From assembly GCF_009914755.1 (NCBI RefSeq), contig NC_060932.1: DNA of 64,000 bases; one strand, written 5' to 3'. Position 1 is the first letter of the stretch; each line of letters begins with the position of its first letter. Positions 1 to 16,451 of the stretch are shown here, piece after piece. A model generated the notes under the pieces. The model saw only the letters and a list, made by a program, of their open reading frames with translations, did not search any database and was not told the DNA's origin. Source of the DNA: the human T2T-CHM13v2.0 reference genome, Homo sapiens. Both the position numbers and the translations under genes were made by a program.

Positions 1-132
1 TTTTGTGTTTTTAGTGGAGATGGGGTTTCACCATATTGGCCCGGCTGGTCTCAAACTCCTGACCTCGAGTAATCCGCCCACCTCAGCCTCCCAAAGTGCT
101 GGGATTACAGGCATGAGCCACTGCACCCAGCC
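1..132 (-). mobile_element. Alu (left arm; truncated by window edge)
   Basis: Reverse-complement Alu motifs cctcccaaagtgctgggattacaggcatgagccactgcacccagcc. Confidence 0.95.
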
Positions 133-1207
133 AAAATTCTTTTAGATGTTTAAGGCTCAGGAATAATGCTTTTGGTCTGATGGTCTGCCTCCAGGCCAGC
201 TGGAGTGGTAGCATCACCCCCAGAGCTCTGTGGGGCTGCCCTGACCCTTCAGGTTGGTGGGGCATAGGTCTTATTGCTACCTCCGAGGGCCGCACCCTCT
301 GAAACTGAGGAGGAAACAGCCTTTTCCCCTAGGCCTATGTTTAGCATGGCAGACCTGGTGATGTGTAAATCACCTTTGGGGTCATTCTTCTCTTGAAGAA
401 TAACACATGTTAATGGCAGAATAGCTCTATGGTCCTGTCCTGTATAATCCAAGAAGGTCAACAGCCCCACTTCATTTCATCCCATCTCCATTTCCTTCAG
501 TTCAAACAAGCATTGTTTCTGCTGGTACAATGCCATCTCTATTCCTGGCTTTTGCAGAGATTGATAATTAAATACAAAGTTCATACCCATGACCTCTTTT
601 TCAAATGGTTGTTCAGCCACATGCAGTATTCTCTCAAGGACAAACTTTCTCAGTTTTTGCAATATAGATAGGCTAAAACTTTTTCAAATATCCAAGTTCT
701 GGTTCCTTTTTGTTTAATAATTATTTCTTCAATTCATCTCTTTCCTATTGCATTGTACTATAAGCAGTCAGGAAAAGCTAAAGCACTCCTTTAACACTTT
801 GCTTAGAAATATCCTCAACTAATATCAAAGTTTAATCACTTACAATTTTTACATCCCGTAATATACTAGAACAAGCCAAGTTCTTTGCCACTTTATTACA
901 AGATCACCTTCCTCCAGTTTCCAATAGCATATTTCTCACTTCCACCTGAAATATAACCAGAATGGCCTTTAATACCCACATTTCTACCAATATTCTGTCA
1001 CAACTATGGATGTATTCCCTAAGAGACGGAAGCTTTCTCTCCAGCTCTCCTCCTTGTTCTGAGTCCTCACTAGAATTGCATTTAATGTCCATATTTCTAG
1101 TGTGCACCAGAAAACTCTTTCAGCCGCTAGCCATCACTCAGTTCCAAAACTGTTTCCACATTTTTGGGTATTTGTTGCTGCAGCAACCCACTCCCAATAC
1201 CAAAATC
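133..1207 (-). mobile_element. MaLR internal sequence (MLT1-int-like)
   Basis: Ends in the typical MaLR int/LTR junction ...cagcaacccactcccaataccaaaatc|tg; resembles the MLT1-int-type sequence at 56.8-58 kb. Confidence 0.65.
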
Positions 1208-1613
1208 TGACTTCGTTTGCTTGGGCTGCCATAACAAAATTGCGTACATTGGTACTGAAACGACGGAAATTTATTTTTACACAGTTCTGAAGACTAAAAC
1301 TCTGAGATCAGGGTGCCAACACGATTGGTTTCTGGTGAAAGCTCTCTTCCTCGCTTGTAGATGGCCAGTGTCTCACCGTGACCTCACACGGCCTTCCCTC
1401 AATGTGTGCACACAAAAAGAGAGAGAAAGGGAGAGAGAGAGCATGCTCTGTGGTGTCTCTACTTATAAGGGCACTAATTCTATTATGAAGGTCCCATTCT
1501 CATGACCTTATCCAAACCTAATTATCTCAGAAAGGCCCTATCTCCAAATACCAACACATTAAAGGTTAGGACTTAAACATATGTATTTTAAGGGATACAA
1601 TTCAGTCCATAGC
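1208..1613 (-). mobile_element. MLT1A/B-type MaLR LTR
   Basis: gggctgccataacaaaat...ctctgagatcagggtgcca...tctccaaatacc...attcagtccatagca. Confidence 0.8.
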
Positions 1614-2228
1614 AGGTGGCCTTTTCAGAGATGACTATTCATGTCAAAAATAGCCAGAAATGTTTATTTGCACATAACAAGATTGTCTATGTAGAAACTC
1701 TGATGAAACATACAAAAAGCAGGCTTAGAATAAATAAGTAATTTTATCAAGATTGCAGGCTGTAAGATCAATACATAAAGCAATTATGTTTCCATATAAA
1801 AGCAAATAAAATACATAAGTGAAATATTAAAACAATACAGTTTCTAATAGCATTATGGTAAGGATAACTTTGGAATAAATCTGACAAATGATACTCAAGA
1901 TCTATAAGCTGAAAATTGTAAAAGATTAATGTGAATAATTAAAGAAGACAAAAATAAAGAGATATTATTTGTCTATGCATTAGGAGATACAATATTCTTA
2001 GCATGTCAGTTTTCCCCAAATAAATCTATAGATTCAGGCAAACCCTTTAAAAATCTCAGCAGGCAAAAAATATCAATGAGATTTCACTTCCCACCAACTG
2101 AAATGGCTATTAAGAAAAAAGGATAATAATAAATATTGCTAGTAAGGTGGATTATATACTGTTGATGAGAATGTAAACGGTACAGTCAGTTTGGACAACA
2201 ATTTAGCATTTTTTGAAAAAGTTAAACA

Positions 2229-4790
2229 AAAAGACCACATTTTGGGAAAAACTACACCTCAACAAATTAAAAAGAATAGAAATCATGCCATATATGCTGT
2301 CAGACTGGAGTGGAATTAAACTAGAAATCATCAACACAAAGATAGCTGAAAAATTCCAAAATACATGGAGATTAAACAACATATTTCTAAATAACGCATG
2401 TGTCAAAAAATCTCAAGAGAAATTTTAAAATATTTTAAACTAAATTAAAATACAACTTAAAAAAATTTGTGGGCTAGAGCAAAAGCAGTGCTTAGAAGAA
2501 ATTTTATAGCATTGTATGAATATACAATAATAGACAAAAGATCTAAAATAGAAAAAGATCCCACCTTAGGAAAGTAGAAAGAGAAAAGCAAATTAATTCC
2601 AAATAAGCCAGAAAATAAAATAAAATTAAAGCAGGAATCAATGAAATTGAAAATAAGAAATAAATAGAAAAAATCAAGAAAACCAAAGCTGGTTATTTGA
2701 AAAGCTCAATACAATCAATAAGACTCTATCTAGTGTAAGAAAAACATAGAGAAGACACAAATTGCTAATAGAAGAAAATAAAATAGGGGACATTACTACA
2801 GATCCCATGGACATTAAAAAAGTAATAAAGGAATATTATAAACAAAACCATGGTCACAAATTTGATAACTTATGTAAAATGGACCAATTCCTTAAAAGAC
2901 ACATCTGTCAAAACTCACACTAGAATAGACATCTTGTATAGGCCTATGTCTATTAAAGACATTGAATCAATAATTAAACATTTTCCAAGGCAGAAAACAG
3001 TAGGTTCAGATTAATTCAGCAGTAAATTCTAAGAAGTCCTTAAGGAAGAAATTATATCGATTCTCCCCACTTTCTTCCAGAAGACAGATGCAGACGAGAT
3101 ATTTCCGAACTCATTCTATGAAACCAGCATTATCCTAACATCAAAACCACACAAAGAAATCACAAGAAAACTAAAGGCCAATATCTTTTATAAACATATC
3201 TGCAAAAATCCTCTATAAATTAGTAGCAAATCAATTTCAACAATGTATAAAAACAATTAAACACCATGATCAAGTAGCTTTACCCCAGGTATAAAATGAA
3301 TGTTGATTTTCAACATTCAAAAATCAACTAATACAATCTATCATATTGACAGGATAGAAAAGAAAAATCACATAATTATATCAATACAATCAGAAAAGTA
3401 ATAAATGAACACACAACCCCATTAATGATTTAAAAAAACTCAACAAACTAGAAATGGAGTGCAACTTCCTCAACTCATTTAAGTATATCTGCAAAAAAAC
3501 TTACAGCTAATATAATGGTTAGTAGTATTAAATAAATTGAATCAATAATTAGTCATCAAAAGCAAAGCTTTCTCACTAAGTAGAAACAAGGCAAAGATGT
3601 CTTCCCTCACCACTACTACATTTCAACAGCATACTGGAAGTCCTAGCTAAAGCAATAACACAAGAAAAGGAAATAAAAGGTGTACAAATTGAGAAGGAAG
3701 AAATAAAACTTTTTTCACAGATGACATTGTTGCCTATGAAGAAAATTCTAAAGTTCAACAAAAAGACTCCTAGAATGAAAGAACAATTATAGTAATGTTG
3801 AAAAATACAAAGCTACTGTACAAAAGTCAATGTTTTTCTTATTTTTCAGCAATGAACAGGTGGAATTTGAAGGTAAGAATTACCATTTATATTAGCATGT
3901 ATAAACATGAAATATTTAGGTTTAAATCTAATAAGATATGTACAAGATTTGTATGAGAAAAATTATAAACTCTGATGAAAGAAATTTTTAAAAACTAAAT
4001 AAATGGAGAGATATTCCATGTTCATGAATAGGAAGATTTAATATTATCAGGATGTGAGTTCTTCTCAACTTGATCTATAAATTTAATGCAATACCAATAA
4101 AAATTCCAGCAATTTGTTTTGTGGATATCAACAAACTGATTCTAACATTTACGTGTTAGAGACAAAACCCACAATAGCTTAATCAATATTGAAGGAGAAG
4201 AACAAAGGTGGAGGACCACCAGTATCTGAATTCAAGACTTACTATAAAGCTACAATAATTAAGACAATCTGGCATTGGCAAATAATAGTCAAAGAGATCA
4301 GTGGAACAGACCAGAGAGCTCAGAAATAGACACTCATGAATGTAGTCAACTGATGTTTGACAAAGGGGCAATGGCAATATAATAGAGAAAAGATAATCTT
4401 TTCAACAAATGTTGCCGAAATAAATAGGCATCTACCTGCAAAATAATATAGACACAGACCTTACACTCTTCACAAAATTAACTGAAAATAGACCATAAGA
4501 CCTAAATATAAAATATGAAACTTTAAAAATCCTTAGAAGATAACATAGGATGAAACCTAGATGACTGAGGATATGACAATGACTTTTTAGATACAACTCT
4601 GAAGGCACTCTCCTTGAAACAAAGAATTGATCATCTGAATTTTATTAAAATTAAAAAATTTATGTTTTCTGAAAGACAATGTCAAAAGAATGCGAGGATA
4701 AGATGCAAACTGGGAGAAAATATTTGCAAAAGGTTTGTCTGATAAAGGACTATTATTCAAAATACAAGAAGAATCCTTAATACTTCACAA

Positions 4791-4837
<47 letters not shown>

Positions 4838-5850
4838 AAGCCAACTTAAAAATGGGCAGAAACCTCAACAGGAACTTCACCAAAGAAGATATTTAGATAG
4901 CATAAGAATATGAAAAAATGCTCACATCATTTGTCGTTAGGAAACTACCGACTAAAACAACGAGTTACCTTCACCTACCTATTGGAATGGCTAAAATTTA
5001 AAACACTGATAACACCAAATGTTAGCTAGGATGTGGAGCAGAAAGAACTCTTGCTAATTTTTGGTGGGAATACGAAATGTACAAACACTTTGTAACAAAA
5101 GATAGTTTGGCAGTTTCTTACTGAACTAAACATACTCTTACCATGTAATCCAGCAATCACACTCTTTGGCATTTACCCAAAGAGGCTGAAAACTTATGTC
5201 CACATAAGAACCTGCACACAGATATTTATATAAGGTATATTCATAATACCCAAAACTTGGAAACAAGCAAGATACCCTTCAGTAGGTAAATGGATAAAAT
5301 CTGGTACATCTAGAAAATGGAATATAAATTAGTATTAAAATGAAATGAACTATCAAGCCATGAAAAGACATGGAGGAACTTTAAATATATGTTATTGAGT
5401 GAACGAAGCCAATCTGCAAAGGCTATATATACTGCATAATTATATATATGACATTTTGGGAAAGGCAAAACTATGGAGACAGTAAAAGATCAGTTGTTGC
5501 CATGGGTTATGGGGAAAAGAGGGATGAACATATGGAAAACAGGATTTTTAAAGCAGTGGAACTAATCAGTATATCAGTATAATAGTGGAAACATGTCATT
5601 ACACATTTGCCAAATTCATAAACAACACCAAGAGTGAACCTTAATGTTAGCTATGGGCTTTGGGTGATAATGATGTGTCAATGTAGGTTCATAGGTGGTA
5701 ACCAATATACCACTGCAGTGAGAGATTCTGATAGTGAGAGAGGTTATATATGCATGGGGAGGGGCATATATGGGAATGTTCTATACTTCCTGCTCAATTT
5801 TACTGTGGACCTAAAACTGTTATAAAAAATAAAATCTATTTTGTTAAAAA
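2229..5850 (+). mobile_element. L1MC1-like LINE-1, 5'-truncated, about 3.6 kb
   Basis: Degenerate ORF2 followed by the 3'UTR ctttgggtgataatgatgtgtcaatgtaggttcat...cctaaaactgttataaaaaataaaatctatt; flanking target-site duplication. Confidence 0.8.
4789..4838 (+). repeat. (TAAA)n microsatellite
   Basis: About 12 perfect TAAA units. Confidence 0.95.
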
Positions 5851-6904
5851 CGTTAAACACATACTTAGCAATTCTACCCAACAATTCTAATCATAGGAAT
5901 GTACTTAAGAGAGATGGAAATACATGTCCACACAAAGATTTACATACACATGTTCATAGCAGCATCAATAATTGATGTCAGAAATTGGAAACAAACCAAA
6001 TATTTATCAACAAGCTCATGGAAAAACTAAACATGTGTATCATAGAATCGAACACTATTCAATAACAAAAGGAAGTGAAATGTTGCTTCATGCTACAACA
6101 TGAGAGAACCTCAAAAACATCATGCTAAGTAAAAGAATTTCGGTGCAATACCACACATTGTATCATTCAATTTATATGAAATGTTCACAAAAGGAAAATC
6201 TAGAGAAAAAGAAAAATGATTAGTGGTTGCCTGGGGCTGGGGTTGAAAAAGAAAATTGCCAACAAACACAAGGAATATTTTGGAGCGATAACACGTTCTA
6301 AAATTGAAATTTAATGGTTGCACAACTCTATAAATTTGTTTACCTGTACAAATAAAAAGTGTGAATTTTGTGTTATGTAAATTATACCTCAATTATCATG
6401 TTAAAAAATGCCAGCAATTTTTTTTAGCAGATTACAAGCTGATTCTAAAATCCATAATGAAGTGCAAAGGACCTAGAATACCCAAACAACTTTGAAGAAG
6501 AATATATTCAGAAGGCTAACACTACCTAATTTCAAAACTATGAAACTATAGCAATTGATACAACATGATATTTGCATCGAGATAGATAAATAGATCAACA
6601 AAATTAAACAAAGAGTCCAGACTATGCCCACATATATAGAAAAATGATCCTTGACAAAATAAAAAGGCAAACCAGTGGAGAAAGGGTAGTCTTTTCAACA
6701 AATGATATTGAAACAATTGAATATTCTTACGCAAAAAGTGAACTTTGATTAATACCTTGCACAAGCACACAAAGTCAAAATTGATCATAGACCTAAATAT
6801 AAAACCTAAAACTAAAAAACTTGCAGAAGAAAGCATAGGAGAAAATCTTTGCGACCTTATGTTAGGCAAGAAATTTTTAAATATGTGATATATATAAAAC
6901 AAAA

Positions 6905-7150
6905 TCCTTCAGGAGGAATACATTCCAGTGTTCTATTATACTATAGGATGACTATAGTTATGAATAATATATATTTTCTAATAGCTAGAAAGAGAATACT
7001 GAATGTTCCCAACACAAATGAAATGATAAATATTTGAGATAATGCATATAATAATCCTGATCTGACTGCTATACATTATATGTATTGCAATATCACTATG
7101 TACCCCATAAATAAGTATGATTATTCTGTGTCCATTTAAAAAATGTTTTA
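6905..7150 (+). mobile_element. L1MA-type 3' end fragment
   Basis: aggaggaatacattccagtgttctatt...atcactatgtaccccataaat...; flanked by atataaaacaa / atacaaaacaa. Confidence 0.7.
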
Positions 7151-8332
7151 AGAAGAAAATATACAAAACAACTAGGCCATGAACAAATTGCTGATTGATA
7201 TTAAGCAATTTAAACACATATAATCCATAAAAGAAAATAAACTGGGCTTTGTTAAATTTAAAAAACATCTGCTTTCTGAAAGACACTGGTAGGAGAATTA
7301 AAAGTTTAGCCACAAACTGGGACAAAAGTATTTGCAAAGCATAGATAGGATTAAGAGTTCATACCCAGAATATATATAGAACACTCAAAAACAAACAATG
7401 AACACACACACCCCTAAAAATAAGTCCAACAATTTGAAAAGACACTTCATCAGAAAAGATATGTTGAATTTCAAATAAACACATGAAAAGGTACTCCACA
7501 TCATTAGTGATTAGAGTAAAGCAAATTTAAACTACAGTGACATACCGTTACACACCTAACTTTAAAACACTGACTATACCAAGTGTTGGTTAGGATATAA
7601 AGGAAATAGAGCTTCTTTACCAACTGGTAGAAATATGAAGTACTATAACCACTATGAAAACAGTTTGGCAGATTCTTAAAATGTTAAGCATACAACTACC
7701 AGATTATCTTGCCATGTTACTCCTAAGTATTCTCCCAAGAAGAAAGCGATGTCTACATAAAAACTTGTGCACAAATATTCATGGAAATTTTATTTGAAAT
7801 AGTCAAACGCTGAAGACAACAACAATGTCATCAGCAGGTGAATGGATAAACAAATTGTGGCATATTCATACAATGGACTGCTACTCAATAATGAGAAATC
7901 AACTATTTACACACTTAACATAGATGGATCAGAAAAATTATTATGCTACCAAAGGTAGATGAAAAAGAAGAGTACAAACTGTTTTATTCCGTTTTTATAA
8001 AATTCCGCAAGGTACAAACTAAACCACAGTGACAGAAGACTGATCACTGCTTGCCCAGGGAAGGGCAAGAAGAAGGCTGGGTGGGAGGAATTACAACAGA
8101 AAAGAAGCTCTAGAGAGTGAGGTAGAAGTGTATTATCTTGATGGTGATGATAGTTTTACAGCTGTATACCTATGTGAAAACTTATCACATTGTAAGATTT
8201 AAATACATGTATTTCTTATAGGTCAATTATACTGCAATAAAATGATGAGGAAATGAGGACTACAAGATAAATTTAAACAAGAGGTCAAGAGCCAGTTCAA
8301 GCAGGCCTAGAAGAGTTTTTAAGGATTTTTAA

Positions 8333-9084
<752 letters not shown>

Positions 9085-11091
9085 TCAACAGCCATATTTC
9101 TTAATAACAATCCTTTACTCCTCTGTAGTGTATGAGATGTTGCCTTGGGAATATGTGAATAAGTGATTTTTTTCCTCTATTAAGAATGTATGAAAAGTTT
9201 AAATTAGCAGTAAGCCAGAAGGAAAAATACACTGGAATGCAGTAATTATGAACTATCATAAACAGCTGTGCTAAAGCAGAATTTGTGTAATTAATGATAA
9301 CCTAAACAGAGTATTAAAGGTTCTTGTACTGTTTTGAAGTATTAATATAAATCAAATATATAAAGCCAAGGTCTTGACTCACTCACCAATACTACAGTTT
9401 TCCATATTCTCTTTCTTGCCAATTTACTCAGAATAGCCTGTTTTCCCCAAGAACAGAGGTAAAAAGGACACATCTCCTAATGAAAGCCATTTGTAACAAG
9501 AAACAATCTTTACTTAAGAAGGAAGTAAAAAGTTCAATAAAGTAATTAGGAAGCTAAAAATGCTCTTTCAATTACACCTTTTGAAGCCTTCACTTAATGT
9601 TTTGCATCCAAAGTTGGTCGTTTATATCCTAGGCATGTGGAATTGATTTTTATCCTCAGGATACACATGCAAGGTTCTACTTACTCAAAAGATCCAGGAA
9701 TTTGCAGGATTTGACTGACAAAATAAAAGCTAAAATGTTAATCCCATTGCTGACCTTTGTACTACTGCAAAAATTTGCCTTTCCTGGCATTTTAAGCTAG
9801 ATAATGTTATTTGGTAATAACGTGTGCATAAAAATAGGTTCGTGTGATAATTAGCAAACAGGACTCTACCAAGTATAGATAAAATCTTAATTCTCAAGTT
9901 AAAATGGAAAAGTGTCCACTACATTTTTTAATGATATCTCAGAGCTGCCCTTTTGGGGTGGGGAGTGTCATTACACTATGTTTAAAATAAATAAACTTTT
10001 AAAAATTTTGTGTTAAAATGTCTTTAATTGATTTATTTTTATCACTGTTTTAACTTTATTAAAATCCTCATAAAACTAATTTTGAGGAATGCTAACTCTC
10101 CAAAATGTTACCAAAAAAATGCTGATAATACAAGGTTGTTTATTTATACCACAATTAGGAAGAACACTACCTCAGCACAGTGTGATAACATCTCAGTGGG
10201 GAAAAGTCAAAATTGGGGTATTTATTAAAGATATGAATTCTTGTTTAAGGTACATTATTGTAGTGGGAATAGGACTGATCACAATTCTCTTTTCATATAT
10301 TTTTTAAATACTGTGGTAGCATCAACTTTTCAGTTCAATTTATATTTCAGTGTTTTAAATTTCCCTTTTTAGGGGTGGGATAAGGATTTATTCTCCAATA
10401 ATTTTTGAATACCTTACCACACTTAGCACAATAGCCTTGTTCACAGTATATAATCAGTAAAGACATGTTTTAAATTACATATGAATTAAAAATAAGATTT
10501 TTATTTTCCTTTTTTATTAACTTAAAATATCACCATCAAAAAATGTTATCCTTAGTAACGTCTAAAATAACTTTGATGCGTGTTGAATTTCTCTTCAGAC
10601 TTCATCAACTGGATTGAAACATTAATCTTGACTTAATCATTGTGTTTATAATCTCTATTAAATTCTAGTCGGAATAATTCAACTATGGCCTTACATAACA
10701 AATCATAAAGCTCCTCTATCCAAAACCTTTGAAACCAGCATAATGAGATGTTCTTTAGTCAATATAGTGCTATGTTACTTGATGGAACTAACCAAATGCT
10801 TGATATTAAAGTATTGATACGTTATTAAGCAGTTATAAGTGATATCTGAAATCAAAGGAAACTCTTATAAAAGCAAATGAGAATTTCCTTTTATGAAAAT
10901 TTCCACGAGACTAATTTAGTTACACTTAAAGTCTAACCTCACGTTTTAATCTTTGCTCCCTGGGTACCAGACTTTAGGAACAAGAGTTCTTATTTATTGA
11001 ACCCATAGAAGGAATAGGAGCCATTTTTGAATACCTGATATTATTATACATTCTGGGTAACTCTTACACATCTAGTTCTTTCTATACTTAA

Positions 11092-11431
<340 letters not shown>

Positions 11432-11985
11432 TAACAATTGCTTTTCAAAAACTGCTTTCCACATAGGACTCTTTTTCATCCTTTCTTTTTAAGACTATGA
11501 GGAGTTTCACAGAGGAAGTGGATCATCAAATATGATGCATGTTTATCTCCATTCTTCTGTTTTCAGAAGAATTTGTCTAGGCTTTCATGATGGTAATGGG
11601 GAATCAGTAGGCATAGGTTCTAGTTTTTCTTAGCTGTCACTTCTTGATTTTTTTTTTTAACTATTTTAAGCCTAAGGGAGGAGATCAGACAAGATCTGAG
11701 TTTTCCAGACTGTATCCAGCATGGAATATGTAACAAATAATTTTTCCTTCCTTAGCATAATTGCTTGAATATAATTTATACAAGACTTTTTTTAATTCCT
11801 GAAATGCTGTCATTGCATTTTTTTCTACTCAAAGACAGCATAATGAGTGATAATATCACTATTTCAAAGATAACTTTGAATTTACTCTAGTACATAAGTA
11901 AATTGTTCCAGAAGTACTAATTTATTGTGACACACATTATTACTGTCTATGACACATGAGGATGTCATATCATGGTTAAGAATCA

Positions 11986-12297
<312 letters not shown>

Positions 12298-13037
12298 TCA
12301 AAGGCTTAAATTATTTCTTAAATTATTTCTAATGCCTATGAAATCCATAGGGCCTGTGAATTTACATATTAAAATGTATCTAACATCACATGTCAAATGC
12401 AATATATGACCCACAGAAGCACACTCCAAGTAGCATGCAAAGATGTGGGTCCTGTAGTTAGCAGGGCACATGACAAGTTGTTGAGAGGTAAGGCAAAACG
12501 GAATTACAACAGCAAGCCGATTCTGCTATACCCTCCTGCAGCATCACAAAACTACATTGGATTCAAATGATAACAGTCTTCTATCACAGGAGGTTTTACT
12601 ATTGCTGCAGCTAATTTGCACTTGAGTCCATTATTAGCATCTTAGTCTTCTTGCATTACTAAGAATTGTGCAGGGCCATTATGACCTGGGGTGAAATTTC
12701 TTACAATCAAGGTTTCTGTATTCTAAGAGTTTATACTTTGAACTAGTCCACTCCAGCTCAGACAAATAAGGAAAGAACACATATTAGCATATGACTAAAA
12801 AAACCTAATAATTCATTTTTGCATCAAAAATAAATTTTCCAACAAGTGTGATTGCAGTGAAGTGTAAATAACTAACATTTTAAATATAATAGGTAGGCAG
12901 AACAAATAAATGTTATCTGAATAAATAGATAGAAATCACTAGGGGAACTGTGACTATAACATCAACAATGTCAACAGAACTTTTCGTGTTCAGCTAAATT
13001 ATCTAAAAAGAATTTCAAAGAAAGTCTACTCATTTCT

Positions 13038-13349
<312 letters not shown>

Positions 13350-13519
13350 CTACTCATTTCTATTTTCAATGGCTTCCCTCTCCATTATAGGATTAAGAGC
13401 CAGTGTTGGCAATTTTCTTTGCAATTTGACCTATCCCAGAGACTCTATTGCCTAAGGATGGTGGAGAAAAGAAAAAAGAGGTAATATGAAAGGATTAAAG
13501 GACTTATGGAAAATTGTTT

Positions 13520-13822
13520 ATTTTCCTTTTTATTTATTATTATTATTTCTATTTATTTTTTTATTTTGAGACCCAGTTTCACTGTGTCGCCCAGGCTGGA
13601 GTGCAGTGGTGTTATCTCAGCTCACTACAACGTCCACCTCACAGGCTCAGGTGATCCTGCCACCTTAACATCCCAAGTAGCTAGGACTATAGGGGCACAC
13701 CACCATGCCCAGCTAATGCTTTTGATGTTTCCCAGGCTGGTCTGGAGAAGCTGGGCTCAATCAATCTGCCGGCCTGGACCTTCCAAAGAGCTGGGATTAC
13801 AGGAATGAGCCACTGTTCCTAG
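13520..13822 (-). mobile_element. AluJ-like, diverged, with internal deletion
   Basis: cccaggctggagtgcagtggt...ggctcaggtgatcctgccacct...gggattacagg. Confidence 0.85.
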
Positions 13823-14887
13823 CAGAAAATTCTTATTCATAATGATTGCTGTTCCATGTGAGGAATTTGCCAGTCAATGTGAAGAGCATGAAGTTGTTAG
13901 GACTGAGTGTTGTTCAAAAGCATGAAGACTGTACCCCAAGAGCAATCAGAGAAGATTTTACCTGAAGGTAATATAATTGAGTGGAAGGATAGCATAAAAA
14001 TTTATTACTTGGTCAAATAGCTAAAAGCACATGCTAGTACAACTAACTAAAAGTTTATATAGGCCTTAAAGATGATAGTAAAGCTTGTGATGAGGCTCGT
14101 CATTATAAAGTGCCCAGGGTTGTCATTCTTCCTGAGGGGAGAACTATATAGTTTCCTCTTATTATAAGTCATATTTTTGTAACCCTGAGAATGGCCATAA
14201 AATGACCTTACTAGATTTCAGAGTTCTTCCATGAAACAGTGTACACACCCTACCAGGCCTAATTTTCTCCATAATATAACCGATGGGAAGTGAGTTGGTG
14301 GGAATAAGAGCTTCCCAGGCTTTAATCTGTTCCTGATTTTTAACAACTCTTTTGAGGGAAAAGCAGCACATCATTTTGGAATGGATAAAAAATGGAACAG
14401 ATTATGGAAACAGTCTAATAATAACCTGCACCATTTGGAATCATTAGCTAACTTACACTGCTTTAAGAGAAGGCAATATATTTTTTATCCCCATTTTAAC
14501 AAAGAGAGAAATATTCTTCAGATGGCCAGCAGCAACTCAAAGAACATCACATCATACTTGATTTATTACTGAAAATCGTGGGAACAAGCCTAGTTTCTGG
14601 TCTACATGAAAATATTACTTCAACTTAAAAATCAGTTGATACTTGGTATGCTTGTTTTTCTGCAGGTACTGATATTTCACTCATTTCTACAACATTGTTT
14701 TCTTCTACTTTGAAACATTTTGGCAAATACATTCATATTTTAATAATATAATGTTTATTGACCTTTCAAAATTAGAAATTATTGTATGCACATTTTTTAA
14801 AACTCTAGAAAACAAAAAAATTAAAGTATGAAAACTTTTTTAAAAAAATAAATAGAATCCTATCTCTTACCACCAAGAGACAAATAC

Positions 14888-15290
14888 TGTAATGAGTTAA
14901 TTTTGCATATCAATTTGGCTAGTCTACGGGTGCCCAGTTGTTTGGTTACCAACTTTTCTTAGATGTTGCTGTAAGGTATTTTATATTTATAATCACTAGA
15001 CTTTAATAAGGCAGATTACCCTGCATAATATGGCTGGGCCTTATCCAATCAGTTGAAGACCTTAATAGGAAAAACTGTTTTTTCAGAGAGGGAGGAACTT
15101 GGCCTCAAGACTATAACATAGAAATTCTGCCTGTTCTCAGCCTGCTGGCCTGATCTATAAAGTTCAAACTCAAGACTGCAAGTTTAAATTTTGCCTGAGT
15201 TTTCAGCTTACTGTTTTATCCTGTGGAGCTCAGACTTGCCAGCCGCCAAAATCACATAAGTCAATTCTTTAGAATAAATATCATACATTA

Positions 15291-15328
<38 letters not shown>

Positions 15329-15470
15329 GAATAAATAAATAGCATATATATGATATATATGTATAGATAATTTAGATGATACATATGATATGTCTGTATA
15401 TATGTATAGTAATATGTATGTATATCTGTGTATATATACATATATAGATATATATGTGTGTATGTGTATA
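14888..15470 (+). mobile_element. MLT2-type (ERVL) LTR with expanded internal microsatellite
   Basis: Starts tgtaatgagttaattttgcatatcaatttggctag; contains ggcagattaccctgcataat; (CT)n/(TA)n at 15291-15470. Confidence 0.75.
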
Positions 15471-15594
15471 CTGCTGTTTGCTGCTGATAAATCACAACTA
15501 AGTGCCTCTCTGGTAATTGTAGTAAGCCAAAAGGTATTAACATGCAGTGCCCAAGTTTACTCCACGCATCTTGTTCCCAATGATGAGTTAAAGT

Positions 15595-15797
15595 GAGGGT
15601 AATGCCACAAGCCAAAGAATGCAAGAAACCACCAGAAGCTGAAAGAGTCAAGGAAGAATCCTCTTCTAGAGCCTTCAGATGGAGTGTGACCCAGCTGACA
15701 TGGGATTTCAGAGGTTCAGCCTCCAGAATTGTGACAGAATAAATTTCTGTTGCTTTAAGCCAATAACTTGTTATAACAGCCTTAAGAAACTAATATC
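15595..15797 (+). mobile_element. MLT1C/D LTR 3' fragment
   Basis: ccaccagaagctg...cctccagaattgtgacagaataaatttctgttgctttaagcc...aaactaata. Confidence 0.75.
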
Positions 15798-16451
15798 ACT
15801 CCCCAAGAAAAATCTTGCATGTAACTCTATCTGAGTCTCATGCTGAGACACATGACCCAAAACAGTGGATTCCAGGAGTGGTCCTAGAAAATAAAAACAA
15901 TAACATCCCCAAACATGCCATAACTGTAAAATTGTTACATTTTCACCCATGGTGAATGAGAATGGGATACTGGTGGAAGTTAATGCGTTGGTTGATGCAT
16001 ACGTCAGGTGCTTGGGAAATGAGCAAGGAACTGTAACTCTAATAAATCTTACAGAAATATAAAATAAGATAGTTCTTGGTGGGGGTTATTGACGTTGTGT
16101 TGGTAAATGAAGGTTGAGGGTAATTAGTCACCAATTAAAGACCTCTTTGGCAGCAGGTAAAAGCCAGAGGACCTCTTCGGTAGCATAAAAAGTGGCTTCT
16201 ACATCTTGCAACCAGAAGGCAGGAAAAGCTGAAGACACAGTAAGATCTATAGCAAGATGCCCAGATATCCATGTTATCTACCACCACTACACCAGAGCCT
16301 CTCTTTCAGCTCACATTTAGAGAGATATGAGGAATACTTATACCTAGCTGAAAGAGGAGAGAAAAAGCCAAGTTTGGTTTATGGGTAGGTTGGTTCAATG
16401 TGTGGGTCCAAACCAAAAATGCATTACAGTTTCCTGTTAATGTAGCTTCCA

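Larger units (their letters stand above)
2066..6400 (+). mobile_element. L1M 3' fragment (pieces 2066-2228 and 5851-6400) split by an L1MC1-like element
   Basis: ORF2 C-terminal sequence is contiguous across the insertion (aaaaagttaaaca / aaaaacgttaaaca); ends with tatgtaaattatacctcaatt. Confidence 0.65.
1620..8240 (+). mobile_element. Old L1M (ORF2 to 3'UTR) acting as host for nested L1s; own pieces about 1620-2065, 6405-6900, 7155-8240
   Basis: A-rich degenerate ORF2 sequence; breaks at aaaatctcagcaggc (about 2055) and resumes at aaaatgccagcaatt (about 6405). Confidence 0.7.

Noticed and set aside
15208-15651. 147-aa Tyr/Ile-rich ORF
   Set aside because: Translation of a (TA)n-rich microsatellite inside an MLT2 LTR.
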